32,000 nucleotides of DNA, taken from NCBI RefSeq assembly GCF_000011125.1, contig NC_000854.2, positions 870,001 through 902,000 of the forward strand. Reading direction: 5' to 3'. Below, piece after piece: positions 9,415 through 18,204 of the stretch (its first letter is position 1; each line of letters starts with the position of its first letter). The notes below the pieces were generated by a model. The model had not been told where the DNA came from, searched no databases, and was given only the letters and a program-made list of their open reading frames with translations. The position numbers were made by a program, and so were the translations under genes. This DNA is from Aeropyrum pernix K1. Its GTDB lineage: Archaea > Thermoproteota > Thermoprotei_A > Sulfolobales > Acidilobaceae.

Positions 9415-10318
9415 GGCAATACTATCTTACGAGGTCCTGAGGCTTGTAAAGCGTAAGGCAGTGGCGTTTATGGCGGCGATGGCCGTCCTGCCCGTGCTCG
9501 GAGCCCTAATCGCCGGCTTTATTGCCTCAAGGGAGATAGGTGGGGAGAGGCTGTGGGCCGTACTCATGGGTTTCGACATAGGAACGGGAGCCATGACGGG
9601 GCTCCTGGCCGCTGTAGGGGTTGCGGGGTGGGCGTGGCTCCTCGGCGTCGTTATAGGGGGTGACCTCTTCGCATCCGACATAAGGGATGGCTCTCTCCAG
9701 CTATTCATGCTGAGGCCGGCCAGAAGAGTCTACCCGATAGCAAAGATAGCTGCGGCAGGCCTTTTCTCAATAGCCTTTTACACAGTGGCATCATTGATAG
9801 TCCTCATATCCTCGATAATACTGGGAGGTTGGCAGAGAGACTGGTGGCTAGCTCCATTAACAGGCTTCATCCTAGGCGTCGGCCTCTACCCGGTCATACT
9901 CACCTCGAGCATATTTGGTATAGTCACCAGGAGCCCTATAGCCGGGATGATTTTGGGCGCCGCAGCCTATCTGCTAACGGGAATGGCGGTGAGCTTCGGC
10001 CTCTCAATAATACTGATAGTCGGAGGCATAGGCAACATTGAAGCCTGGATAAGCTTCATCGAGAAGGAAATCCTAGTGTCCGGCGCCATACCCTACCTAG
10101 CCGGAACTAACCTACCATCGATAATATACTATGCAGTCACACTGGGCAACAGTTTCACACCCATACCTCTGCCCGCCGTAGGCGGTAGCGGGCAGGTTAC
10201 AATAACCCTGGAGCTCAAGCCCCTCGACGTACTCCCCCTTTACACTGCATCACTGGTGACAGGCACACTGGCACTGGCTACGATAAACCTGGCTCTGCTC
10301 AGGCGGCTTGAGGTATGA
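9386..10318 (+). CDS. Putative ABC-2-type permease / membrane partner of the preceding ATPase
   Basis: The 310 aa protein has about 6 hydrophobic helices and overlaps the ATPase gene by 29 nt on the same strand. No sequence motif was recognised, so the call rests on context. Confidence 0.5.
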   Translation: MQAMAWEEAKAILSYEVLRLVKRKAVAFMAAMAVLPVLGALIAGFIASREIGGERLWAVLMGFDIGTGAMTGLLAAVGVAGWAWLLGVVIGGDLFASDIRDGSLQLFMLRPARRVYPIAKIAAAGLFSIAFYTVASLIVLISSIILGGWQRDWWLAPLTGFILGVGLYPVILTSSIFGIVTRSPIAGMILGAAAYLLTGMAVSFGLSIILIVGGIGNIEAWISFIEKEILVSGAIPYLAGTNLPSIIYYAVTLGNSFTPIPLPAVGGSGQVTITLELKPLDVLPLYTASLVTGTLALATINLALLRRLEV

Positions 10319-10420
10319 CCACCGGGCGTTAGCGCCAGACATGTTTAATCTTGTTACTCCCCGGTTCCGGGCATTATAGCTTATAACCTTTTACCAATCG
10401 GAAGCATGTAGGCAGGGTTT

Positions 10421-11773
10421 ATGGGTCTGGGCAATACCCCCGAGAAAGGAGGGGGCCTAGGAGCCCTTGAGTATACTTTTATTATGTTCAGCATGGCATC
10501 CTGCCTGCCACTTTTCTTCCTAGGCCCCATAGCCTTCAACCTCGGCCTCTCGCTTCAAGAGGCTCTACTGGCAGCACTGGTAGGAAACCTGGTAGTGGCA
10601 GTGGCAATGGCGCTCAACGGGCATGCAGGGATTAAGCACAAGATAGACTTTCCAGAGCAGGCCGTAAGAAGCCTAGGAGAGCTCACTGGCAAGGCGGCTG
10701 TGGTGATGAGAGGGCTAGTGGGTGCTATGTGGTTCGGGGTGGAAGCCTACAACGGCGCCCTAGCCCTAAACCTAATACTCCTCTTCGCCCTAGGGCTTAC
10801 TGGAGCAGCGCTGCTGGAGAAGGCCACGGTCCTCATACCAGCAGCTCTAGTACTCTACCTTGGCTCCATGTATCTAGTCCTAAAGCTAGGGGTAAAGGGT
10901 ATAGGGAAGGCTGCCACCCTCGCGGGACCCCTTCTGCTCCTCTACTTCGCATGGCTCTGGATCTGGATGAAGAACTCTGGGTTCCAGCCGTCCGAGGCAC
11001 CCAAGGGTGTAGGCTTGCTAAGCTCAGCCTTCCTAATCTACCTGGCGATACAGACAAACTGGTGGGCGACCGTTGCGGTGAACATAAGCGACCTTTCCCG
11101 TGAGGCCAAGAGCTGGGGCGCCCTCTGGATCGGAGTCATGCTTGGCATGGTGGGAGGCCAGCTTATAGGTACCTACCTCAGCTACGAGCTAGTCTTGCTA
11201 ACCGGGAAAACGCTACCGCAGGAGATCATAACAGAGTTCGCTCCAGGAGCTATAGCAGTCCTTCTAGGGCTGGCCTTCGCCTTTCTCGCACCCTGGACAA
11301 CAGATCTAACGGCCAATCTACCCCCGATGATAGATATACTGAAAAGCATTTTCGGGATGAGCTGGAAGAGGGCCAGCCTCCTCTCGGCAGCGGCAGGCTT
11401 CGTGCTGGCTCCATGGTGGCTGCTGGACAACGCACCCCAGATAGTAGGCTATGTAACCTCCTTCGCAGCAAGCTACGGTGTAATACTAGGCCCGATACTC
11501 GGTGCACTCCTCGCAGCACACTGGGTAGGAGGCCTAAACAGGCCCCCCAACCCAAGTTACAAGCCAGTTATACTACCCACTACAGCCGGCCTACTAGCAG
11601 GCCTCATAGTCTCATACGCAATAGCCTACCCGCTGGGTATGGTAACCAGCGTCCTCGGAGTACCATTCCCGCAGGGGCCAATATGGTACGTGGGAGTCGC
11701 CGTGAGTGTGATTGCAGCCGCCCTGCTTCTCAAACTTGTCCCAGCTAAAGTTAAGTTCAAGAACGAGACGTAA
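10421..11773 (+). CDS. NCS1-family (purine/cytosine/uracil/thiamine/allantoin-type) permease-like transporter
   Basis: The protein is 450 aa with about 12 TM helices. The segment GNLVVAVAMALNGHAGIKHKIDFPEQAVRSLGE...MRGLVGAMWFGVEAYNG resembles the conserved NCS1 TM2-TM3 region (G..G..G..FPV..R..FG......R.....WFG.Q...G). Substrate is unknown. Confidence 0.5.
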   Translation: MGLGNTPEKGGGLGALEYTFIMFSMASCLPLFFLGPIAFNLGLSLQEALLAALVGNLVVAVAMALNGHAGIKHKIDFPEQAVRSLGELTGKAAVVMRGLVGAMWFGVEAYNGALALNLILLFALGLTGAALLEKATVLIPAALVLYLGSMYLVLKLGVKGIGKAATLAGPLLLLYFAWLWIWMKNSGFQPSEAPKGVGLLSSAFLIYLAIQTNWWATVAVNISDLSREAKSWGALWIGVMLGMVGGQLIGTYLSYELVLLTGKTLPQEIITEFAPGAIAVLLGLAFAFLAPWTTDLTANLPPMIDILKSIFGMSWKRASLLSAAAGFVLAPWWLLDNAPQIVGYVTSFAASYGVILGPILGALLAAHWVGGLNRPPNPSYKPVILPTTAGLLAGLIVSYAIAYPLGMVTSVLGVPFPQGPIWYVGVAVSVIAAALLLKLVPAKVKFKNET

Positions 11774-11812
11774 CGGTGTTCCAAGTTCCAAACTACCCTC
11801 TAAACCCACATG

Positions 11813-11817
11813 TTTTT
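11813..11817 (+). terminator. Oligo-T tract (T5) 40 nt after the permease stop
   Basis: The sequence reads catgTTTTTaacc downstream of the stop at 11773. Positional evidence only. Confidence 0.25.
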
Positions 11818-11885
11818 AACCAAGCAAAAACAAGTCCCATGCTACTAAACAGTAGACGATAAATTCAAGCCGGATTTTTAGCTTC

Positions 11886-11960
11886 TGGTGCCGCCGCGGG
11901 GATTCGAACCCCGGACCACCCGGTCTTCAGCCGGGCGCTCTCCCGCTGAGCTACGGCGGC
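11886..11960 (-). tRNA. tRNA-Phe (anticodon GAA), CCA encoded
   Basis: The reverse complement is GCCGCCG-TA-GCTC-AGCGGGA-GAGC-G-CCCGG-CTGAAGA-CCGGG-TGGTC-CGGGG-TTCGAAT-CCCCG-CGGCGGC-A-CCA. This is a perfect cloverleaf. Confidence 0.92.
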
Positions 11961-12034
11961 AGCTTATACCCACCGCTCTAGAATTCTGGCGGGAGGTTTT
12001 TAACCTTAAACGGGCTGGGAACAGTGATTCCCTC

Positions 12035-12694
12035 TTACCTACCCATGGGCCTCCTCCGCGTAGAGAACCATTGAACAGCCCTGTCCAAGTCCTCTCTTGT
12101 GAAGTCTGGCCAGAGCTTGTCTATGAAGTAAAGCTCGGCATACCTAGTTAGGAGGGGGAAGAAGCTGCTAAGCCTCTTTTCACCCCCCGTTCTTATTACC
12201 AGGTCTATCTCGTCCAGCAGTCTGCTGGGAAGGGTTTTGGGGGTGTAATGCTCTATCTCCCAGAAGGGGTCGTAGCAGAGGCCAGCCACAACCCTCCTAC
12301 CATCAGGTAGGCTTCCCTTCTTGAGGTACATGTCGAAGTGGTATGGGGCCAGGCTCTCCCTTATATTGTCTGGCAGGTTGGGGTGGTTAATATCGCCCAC
12401 TATGACAAGGGATGCCCCTCCTTTCTCGATCTCGGCTATATCCCTCTCTATGGACCTCCTCATTATCCTGTATAATATTGAAAGCTCGGCCCTACTCCTC
12501 TTGCTGCAGTTGTCCCTGCTTAGTACGTAGAGATATACAGACCGGATAGCCGGGTAGAAGTCCCTTATATAGGTGAGTATTCTCTTGACGTTTCTGTACC
12601 CTGTGTAATACGCTATGTAAAGATTCTCTCCGCGTAGGCTAGCCCACCTGCGGTTGCCGTCAGGTATTATACCTATCGCTCTGGGCTGTCCCAT
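12035..12694 (-). CDS. uppS: cis-prenyltransferase (undecaprenyl-diphosphate synthase family)
   Basis: The N-terminal motif is IGIIPDGNRRWA and the C-terminal motif is IRTGGEKRLSSFFP, both hallmark UPPS-family motifs. At 219 aa it is short for the family. Confidence 0.85.
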   Translation of the reverse strand: MGQPRAIGIIPDGNRRWASLRGENLYIAYYTGYRNVKRILTYIRDFYPAIRSVYLYVLSRDNCSKRSRAELSILYRIMRRSIERDIAEIEKGGASLVIVGDINHPNLPDNIRESLAPYHFDMYLKKGSLPDGRRVVAGLCYDPFWEIEHYTPKTLPSRLLDEIDLVIRTGGEKRLSSFFPLLTRYAELYFIDKLWPDFTREDLDRAVQWFSTRRRPMGR

Positions 12695-12860
12695 AGTGCA
12701 GCAACCTCTCGGCCCGCCGTCTGAGTCTGAGGCCTGTGGATGTTTTGTGATAAGCTGCTGTAAAAACGTTTAGGGTTGCAAGATATGCCTAAACAGGTCT
12801 AAACTTCCCTGGGCAGAGGGATCTTGGTGGGAGCCGTCAGTATTTTCGCCTAATACTCTG

Positions 12861-12869
12861 CTAATATCC
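12861..12869 (+). promoter_or_regulatory. TATA-like box (ctaatatcc) about 29 nt upstream of the gdh GTG start; implies a leaderless mRNA
   Basis: An AT-rich box sits at the canonical archaeal distance from the only available start codon (GTG 12894). No SD-like spacing is possible. Confidence 0.3.
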
Positions 12870-12893
12870 TTCCACTACTCATTAATAAATCTG

Positions 12894-14165
12894 GTGGAGG
12901 TCTTGGCCTTGCAGCCCACGGACCCTCTTGAGGAGGCTCGCGCGCAGCTCAGGAGAGCTGTAGACCTTCTGGGCTACGATGACTATGTTTATGAAGTTCT
13001 CGCAAACCCGGACAGAGTTCTACAGGTAAGGGTCACTATTAAGATGGATGACGGTACTGTCAAGACGTTCCTCGGCTGGAGGAGCCAGCACAATAGCGCG
13101 CTAGGCCCCTACAAAGGCGGTGTTAGGTACCACCCCAACGTTACTATGAATGAGGTGATAGCCCTTAGCATGTGGATGACGTGGAAGAACAGCCTCGCCG
13201 GCCTGCCTTATGGGGGAGGTAAGGGGGGTGTTAGGGTTAACCCTAAGATACTCTCCCCCAGGGAGCTTGAACTCCTGTCTAGGAAGTATTTCGAGAGTAT
13301 AAGTGATATAGTTGGGGTGGACCAGGACATTCCCGCGCCCGACGTCTACACGGATCCCCAGGTCATGTCTTGGTTCCTAGACGAGTATAATAGGGTGAAG
13401 AGGGGCCAGTTCTTCGGCGTTGTCACTGGCAAGCCAGTCGAGCTCGGCGGCCTCAACGCTAGAATAGTGTCCACGGGCTACGGGGTGGCAGTGTCGACAA
13501 GAGTCGCCGCAGAAAAGTTTCTAGGAGGCCTCGAGGGAAGAACAGTCGCGGTCCAGGGCTACGGGAACGTGGGATACTATGCCGCCAAGTTCCTAGCAGA
13601 GATGGGTGCTAAGATCGTTGCAGTAAGCGACAGCCGAGGCGGCATTTACGACCCTGAGGGCATAGACCCGGAGGAGGCTTTGAAGGTGAAGAGGAGCACG
13701 GGCACGGTGGCTAACTATCAGCGGGGCAAGAAGATCTCGACAATGGAGATACTAGAGCTGCCCGTTGACATTCTAGTCCCGGCCGCCATAGAGGAGGTCA
13801 TTACCGACGAGAATGCGGATAGGATTAAGGCGAAGATTATATCGGAGGGAGCCAACGGCCCCACTACCACTGCGGCCGAGAAAATACTTGTAAAGAAGGG
13901 CGTCTTAGTGCTCCCGGACATACTGGCAAACGCTGGCGGTGTTATAATGAGTCATATAGAGTGGGTGAACAACAGGATGGGCGGGTGGATCACGGACGAG
14001 GAAGCTCTGAAGAAGCTCGAGCAGAAGATGGTTGAGAACACGAAGACGGTAATAACATACTGGGAGAAGAACCTCAAGCCGGAGGAGAACAGCCTCAGGG
14101 ACGCTGCCTACATGATAGCTGTGGAAAGGGTGTTTAGAGCCATGAAGCTAAGGGGCTGGATCTAA
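12894..14165 (+). CDS. gdhA: Glutamate dehydrogenase (hexameric Glu/Leu/Phe/Val DH family)
   Basis: Motifs present are GPYKGGVRYHP, the catalytic-region GGGKGG and the dinucleotide fold VQGYGNVG. Length is 423 aa with a GTG start. Confidence 0.92.
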   Translation: MEVLALQPTDPLEEARAQLRRAVDLLGYDDYVYEVLANPDRVLQVRVTIKMDDGTVKTFLGWRSQHNSALGPYKGGVRYHPNVTMNEVIALSMWMTWKNSLAGLPYGGGKGGVRVNPKILSPRELELLSRKYFESISDIVGVDQDIPAPDVYTDPQVMSWFLDEYNRVKRGQFFGVVTGKPVELGGLNARIVSTGYGVAVSTRVAAEKFLGGLEGRTVAVQGYGNVGYYAAKFLAEMGAKIVAVSDSRGGIYDPEGIDPEEALKVKRSTGTVANYQRGKKISTMEILELPVDILVPAAIEEVITDENADRIKAKIISEGANGPTTTAAEKILVKKGVLVLPDILANAGGVIMSHIEWVNNRMGGWITDEEALKKLEQKMVENTKTVITYWEKNLKPEENSLRDAAYMIAVERVFRAMKLRGWI

Positions 14166-14181
14166 GGGGTTGTCCAGGGCG

Positions 14182-14766
14182 CTAAACGTGAGATCCTGTT
14201 CCAGCCTTGCTGTAGCAAACTCTAACGGCCTCTCCCAAAACCCTTCTTACACCCTTGTCATGCTCGACGAGCCCCCTGTACCCGGGGGAGGGGGCTTCAA
14301 CAAGTCTGTAGGACTTCCCTCCCGAAGTCTTTTCAATCTCTAGTGATACGCCGCCCCACATCATCCCCTGATACTCCCCGATTTCCAGTTCGAGTATCGC
14401 CGAGGCCAAGGATGCTGCTCTAAGTGCTTCGACATACTCTCTCCCCGCCCTATCAAGTTCACTCCGGGAGAACGGGTTAATCAGGGCGGCTAGCTTCGCC
14501 CTGAAAACCCTGTAGGGGCTTGGCCTGCTACGGGCTATATCCCTCAGGCCTTCTATCACCTCCTCCGGACTTGCCTTTGGCTTTAGAAAACAATCACCAA
14601 TCTTGTTCTTGGTTAGTCTTGAGGCGGGAACCACCAGTAGGCTTCTCCTGAAATCTGCCTCAACAGCCCTCCAAAGGCTCGCGTCCACGCCCAGCCTGCC
14701 TTGCCCCTTTTTAGTTACGAATACGTGGAAGGGTATTGCTAGCCTAACTATTTCCGCCCCCGCCAA
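14182..14766 (-). CDS. Hypothetical protein (194 aa), no family recognised
   Basis: The ORF has protein-like composition. It lies immediately downstream of the DUF1028 gene on the same strand and overlaps it by 23 nt. Confidence 0.4.
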   Translation of the reverse strand: MAGAEIVRLAIPFHVFVTKKGQGRLGVDASLWRAVEADFRRSLLVVPASRLTKNKIGDCFLKPKASPEEVIEGLRDIARSRPSPYRVFRAKLAALINPFSRSELDRAGREYVEALRAASLASAILELEIGEYQGMMWGGVSLEIEKTSGGKSYRLVEAPSPGYRGLVEHDKGVRRVLGEAVRVCYSKAGTGSHV

Positions 14767-15631
14767 CCCTTCTAGCCTCCTCTATAAGGAATCTGTAGAC
14801 GGTTCCCCATATGTAGCCGTCTCTCCTAATCTTGTTTTCGAAATTGTTGATGGCCATCCAGGACTCCAGGGCTTGGAGAAGTTCCTTGGACGCCCTGCCC
14901 GTGAAGGGGCCCTTGTAGTATCCTAGGGCTGCGAGTGCTTTCTCCAGCTCGCCCGCTACATCTTCTATTTTAACAACATCGCTCGGGTCCTCTCTCTCGA
15001 GTATCGTTATTTCCCAAATCTTGAAGAGGCGTAACAGCTCGTTGACGGCATCTGGGTGGTGGTCAACTCTGAGGTCTACGTATTTGCCCACGCCCTCCTC
15101 GCAGCCGCCGTACCCGCCGCACGGCTTATACACTATTACAGCGGCGCTCTCCCGCCCCCTTCTATCCCCGCCCGCCCTATCGCCAGCAGCCAGCGCCGCC
15201 AGCAGCTTGTCTACAAGCTCTCCCTTAGTGGACTCATAGGCTTTTGCCATAGACTCTATGACCTCGGGCCCTGTAAGAATGTTGCCCTGAACAGCGAAAC
15301 CGTCTCCCACAATATGGCCTGCATACTCGATGCACTCCCTACCTGTAAATGCGTAGGCCTCTCCTCCAGAAGACACTACTCCTATCTGCCTCATCTCCCG
15401 TCTCGAATCGCCAGTGAGAACCATCTCAACAGCTCTCCTCGGGGTGTACCCTAGCTCTAGGAGCCTAAGCAGTGCAGGCCCGAACTTCACGTTGGCCCAA
15501 GACTGTGTCGCCACAGCACCGACACCGAGCTGGACCCAGGGGACTATGGAGCCGGCGGCGATAAACTTTGACGCAACAGCGACACCAACTTCCCCAGTCT
15601 CCGGGTTAACAGCAACTATGGAGAAAGTCAT
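14744..15631 (-). CDS. DUF1028 family Ntn-hydrolase-like protein with a C-terminal peptidoglycan-binding-like domain
   Basis: MTFSIVAVNPETGEVGVAVASKF...GVGAVATQSWAN is the characteristic DUF1028 N-terminus. The C-terminal LEKALAALGYYKGPFTGRASKELLQALESW resembles the PG_binding repeat. The ORF is open to ATG 15649 (six extra residues, MEECCG). I prefer ATG 15631 because the family starts MTFSI. Confidence 0.75.
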   Translation of the reverse strand: MTFSIVAVNPETGEVGVAVASKFIAAGSIVPWVQLGVGAVATQSWANVKFGPALLRLLELGYTPRRAVEMVLTGDSRREMRQIGVVSSGGEAYAFTGRECIEYAGHIVGDGFAVQGNILTGPEVIESMAKAYESTKGELVDKLLAALAAGDRAGGDRRGRESAAVIVYKPCGGYGGCEEGVGKYVDLRVDHHPDAVNELLRLFKIWEITILEREDPSDVVKIEDVAGELEKALAALGYYKGPFTGRASKELLQALESWMAINNFENKIRRDGYIWGTVYRFLIEEARRVGGGGNS

Positions 15632-15759
15632 GCCGCAACACTCCTCCATTGGTCTAGAAAGAGTTCTGTCTGGAATTTAAGTCGTGAAGATGGTCTGAGC
15701 GGTGTTGGAGGGACGGTATTTACACTATCTATACATGGACAGTTGATAGGAAGTAAACC

Positions 15760-15769
15760 TTTAAATATA
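15760..15769 (+). promoter_or_regulatory. TATA-like box (tttaaatata) upstream of the peptide ABC operon
   Basis: This is the strongest AT-rich box in the divergent intergenic region, about 45-50 nt upstream of GTG 15814. Confidence 0.3.
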
Positions 15770-15813
15770 GTGTCCACGCATCTATCCACAACTAGACCTT
15801 ACCCTAGTGCGGG

Positions 15814-18072
15814 GTGTTCCCGGGTTTGGCGTTAGAGGATAGAAGGCTGTTGATAGCCGGTGCGGTAGTGGTTGTGATAGTCATACTAGCTGCAGTATAC
15901 CTAATGGGCGGCGGCGAGGGGGCTCCTGAGACTGTAACCTCGCCTACTGAGACAACAACACCAGCGGCCACGACACCCACCGAGACAGGTACTGAGACGC
16001 CCACTGAGACACAGCCTGCCCAGACTACCCCGGCTGAGACTACAACTCCGGAAGGACCTCAGGCTATGGTTATAGAGACTAGCAAAGCCTTCGTAGTTGT
16101 GGGACCGGTGGGAGCTTATGTCCCCGACTTCGACCCCAAGGGCAAGCCGGTTATAGCTGTGAAGTTCCAGGTCGACGAGGAGAATACCAAGCCCGTGGAG
16201 GAGTCTGTCTCCTTCGTCGACATAAACCCCGCTTTCTACAGGAACGAGTACGCGGACGCCCTTATCATGGTGGGTAGAAAGTCGGCCGACCCGTTTATAA
16301 GAGAGGCTGTCTACGAGGCAGTGTACAAGCTGAGCAACGAGGAGGTCCCCATACTTTGGCTGGGCCAGTATAAAGTAGTGTTCGTATACTGGAGCTGGGT
16401 TAAGGGGCTCTACTACCACCCGACTCTGGACATAAGGTTCGACCTCATAAGCGAGGATCCGAACGCCCCAGTAGTTGACCTGGGCTTCGGCGGCTACTCT
16501 AACGGGCCTAACACCTGGGTTGACGTGACTTTCGGCTGGCCCGACACGTTCGACCCTGCGGCAGACTATGAGACGTTCGGCTGGCACATATGGCATAACA
16601 TCGGCCAGACCCTTGTGACGTTCTGGAAGGACGAGACCACAGAACTCACACCGGAACTCGCCGTAGCATGGGCCCACAACGAGGACTCTACCGAATGGTA
16701 CTTCGTGATACGGGGTGGTGTGAAAGCGTTCGACAACTGGAACAACAAGACCTATGATGTGACGGCGGTCGACGTTCTATTCACCATCTGGAGGATAGCG
16801 AGGCTGAGCCTAGACCCAAGCTGGATGATAACGGAATTCGTCGACGTCAACAACAGTCAGGTCCTCACCGAAGAAGAGTTTAACCAGCTCCTCGGCCAGG
16901 GAGGCATCTACGCATCCTACGGCGGCTTCAGTGGCGAGGTAAAGAGCCTTGACGAGCTCCTCCAGGCATTCGGCTACAGCGGTGGCACGGCGGGTGTTGT
17001 CAAGATAAAGCTCTACTACCCCTACGCTCCCATCCTTAGCATATTCGCCGATCCCTTCACAAGCGTCATACCCATGAAGTACATATTCGATAATGTTGAG
17101 GAGCTTCAGGGCAAGTATGAGGAGGCCCTGGAGGCTTCTAACTACGGCAAGAACCCGGCGGCGTGGGAGGCCTATATAGGGACTGGTGAGAACGAGCCAA
17201 GCCACATCCTCCTCCACCAGAAACCCATAGCGACAGGCCCCTACTATGTGAAGGACTATAAGGAGGGCAGCTACATAATACTCGAGTACAACCCATACTA
17301 CTGGAATAAGGAGCTCTGGCAGGACCTCTACGGGCAGGACAAACCACAGCACGAGCTTGCCATCTTCCTGATAAACGATGACGCCGTATCTAGGATAGAG
17401 ACGATGAAGAGCGGGCAGGCAGACACCGGCGCCATACCTCTTGACAGGCTGGAGGACATCAAAGGATACGCTTTGGAGGGCACGAACTTCCAGATAATAG
17501 TCGAGGAGAAGGGCTTATCGCCCGTGATCGTCTTCATAGTGCTCAACGCGATGAAGGAGCCGTTCAACAACACAAAGGTTAGGCAGGCTCTAATGTACGC
17601 CATACCCTTCGACCAGATAAAGACATCGGTGTACGCTGGATACATAGAAAGGCTCAACGGCGTCCTACCAGCAGGCTTCCTCGGCCATAACGACGATATA
17701 GTGACACAGTACGAGTTCAACATAGTTAAGGCTAGGGAGCTGATCAAGGAGAGCGGCATCAACCCCTCGGACTACACGATAAAAATCTGGTACAACAAGG
17801 GCAATACGCAGAGGGAGAAGGTTGCTAACATGCTGAAGACGATATGGGGCAACCTAGGTTTCAACGTAGTGGTAGAGCCCCTCGAGTGGCCCACACTACT
17901 CTCCAGGACCGAGAAGGGCGACTTCGACGTATGGATAGTTGGATGGGCCCCAGACTACTTAGACCCGGACAACTATGCTGGTCCCCTGTTCTACGGCGGA
18001 ACCAAGTTTACGGTACTGGATGTAAACCAGTTCCAGAGCCTAAGCGAGCTAAGAGCGTTCTTCTCCGGCTAA
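15814..18072 (+). CDS. ABC transporter substrate-binding protein, family 5 (Dpp/Opp peptide/nickel type), N-terminally membrane-anchored
   Basis: An N-terminal TM (LLIAGAVVVVIVILAAVYL) is followed by a Thr/Pro/Glu-rich linker. The SBP_bac_5-like body includes GPYYVKDYKEGSYIILEYNPYYW and VGWAPDYLDPDNY. Cognate permease and ATPase genes follow. Confidence 0.85.
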   Translation: MFPGLALEDRRLLIAGAVVVVIVILAAVYLMGGGEGAPETVTSPTETTTPAATTPTETGTETPTETQPAQTTPAETTTPEGPQAMVIETSKAFVVVGPVGAYVPDFDPKGKPVIAVKFQVDEENTKPVEESVSFVDINPAFYRNEYADALIMVGRKSADPFIREAVYEAVYKLSNEEVPILWLGQYKVVFVYWSWVKGLYYHPTLDIRFDLISEDPNAPVVDLGFGGYSNGPNTWVDVTFGWPDTFDPAADYETFGWHIWHNIGQTLVTFWKDETTELTPELAVAWAHNEDSTEWYFVIRGGVKAFDNWNNKTYDVTAVDVLFTIWRIARLSLDPSWMITEFVDVNNSQVLTEEEFNQLLGQGGIYASYGGFSGEVKSLDELLQAFGYSGGTAGVVKIKLYYPYAPILSIFADPFTSVIPMKYIFDNVEELQGKYEEALEASNYGKNPAAWEAYIGTGENEPSHILLHQKPIATGPYYVKDYKEGSYIILEYNPYYWNKELWQDLYGQDKPQHELAIFLINDDAVSRIETMKSGQADTGAIPLDRLEDIKGYALEGTNFQIIVEEKGLSPVIVFIVLNAMKEPFNNTKVRQALMYAIPFDQIKTSVYAGYIERLNGVLPAGFLGHNDDIVTQYEFNIVKARELIKESGINPSDYTIKIWYNKGNTQREKVANMLKTIWGNLGFNVVVEPLEWPTLLSRTEKGDFDVWIVGWAPDYLDPDNYAGPLFYGGTKFTVLDVNQFQSLSELRAFFSG

Positions 18073-18106
18073 GCTATAGCAGCGAGGAGGCCTAAATCAA
18101 TAAACA

Positions 18107-18112
18107 TTTTTT
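18107..18112 (+). terminator. T6 tract between the SBP gene and the first permease gene (candidate intra-operon attenuator)
   Basis: The sequence reads aaacaTTTTTTatgc 35 nt after the SBP stop. Oligo-T is the archaeal termination signal, and a partial terminator after the SBP gene is a common arrangement. Confidence 0.3.
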
Positions 18113-18204
18113 ATGCACACAAGCCCTTGCCATGAAGCATCGTGGATATACCTTTTCCTCCCGTATATGTCGTGTGGATAGTGGAGAGCTGAAGACCGGG
18201 CAGG

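Noticed and set aside
11888-12151. 87 aa ORF on the plus strand overlapping tRNA-Phe and the 3' end of uppS
   Set aside because: It starts inside the antisense of a perfect tRNA and runs antisense to a motif-supported gene. Spurious.
12725-12745. Tandem GTCTGA GTCTGA in the uppS/gdhA spacer as possible C/D-box sRNA D boxes
   Set aside because: No RUGAUGA C box occurs in the correct order or orientation on either strand.
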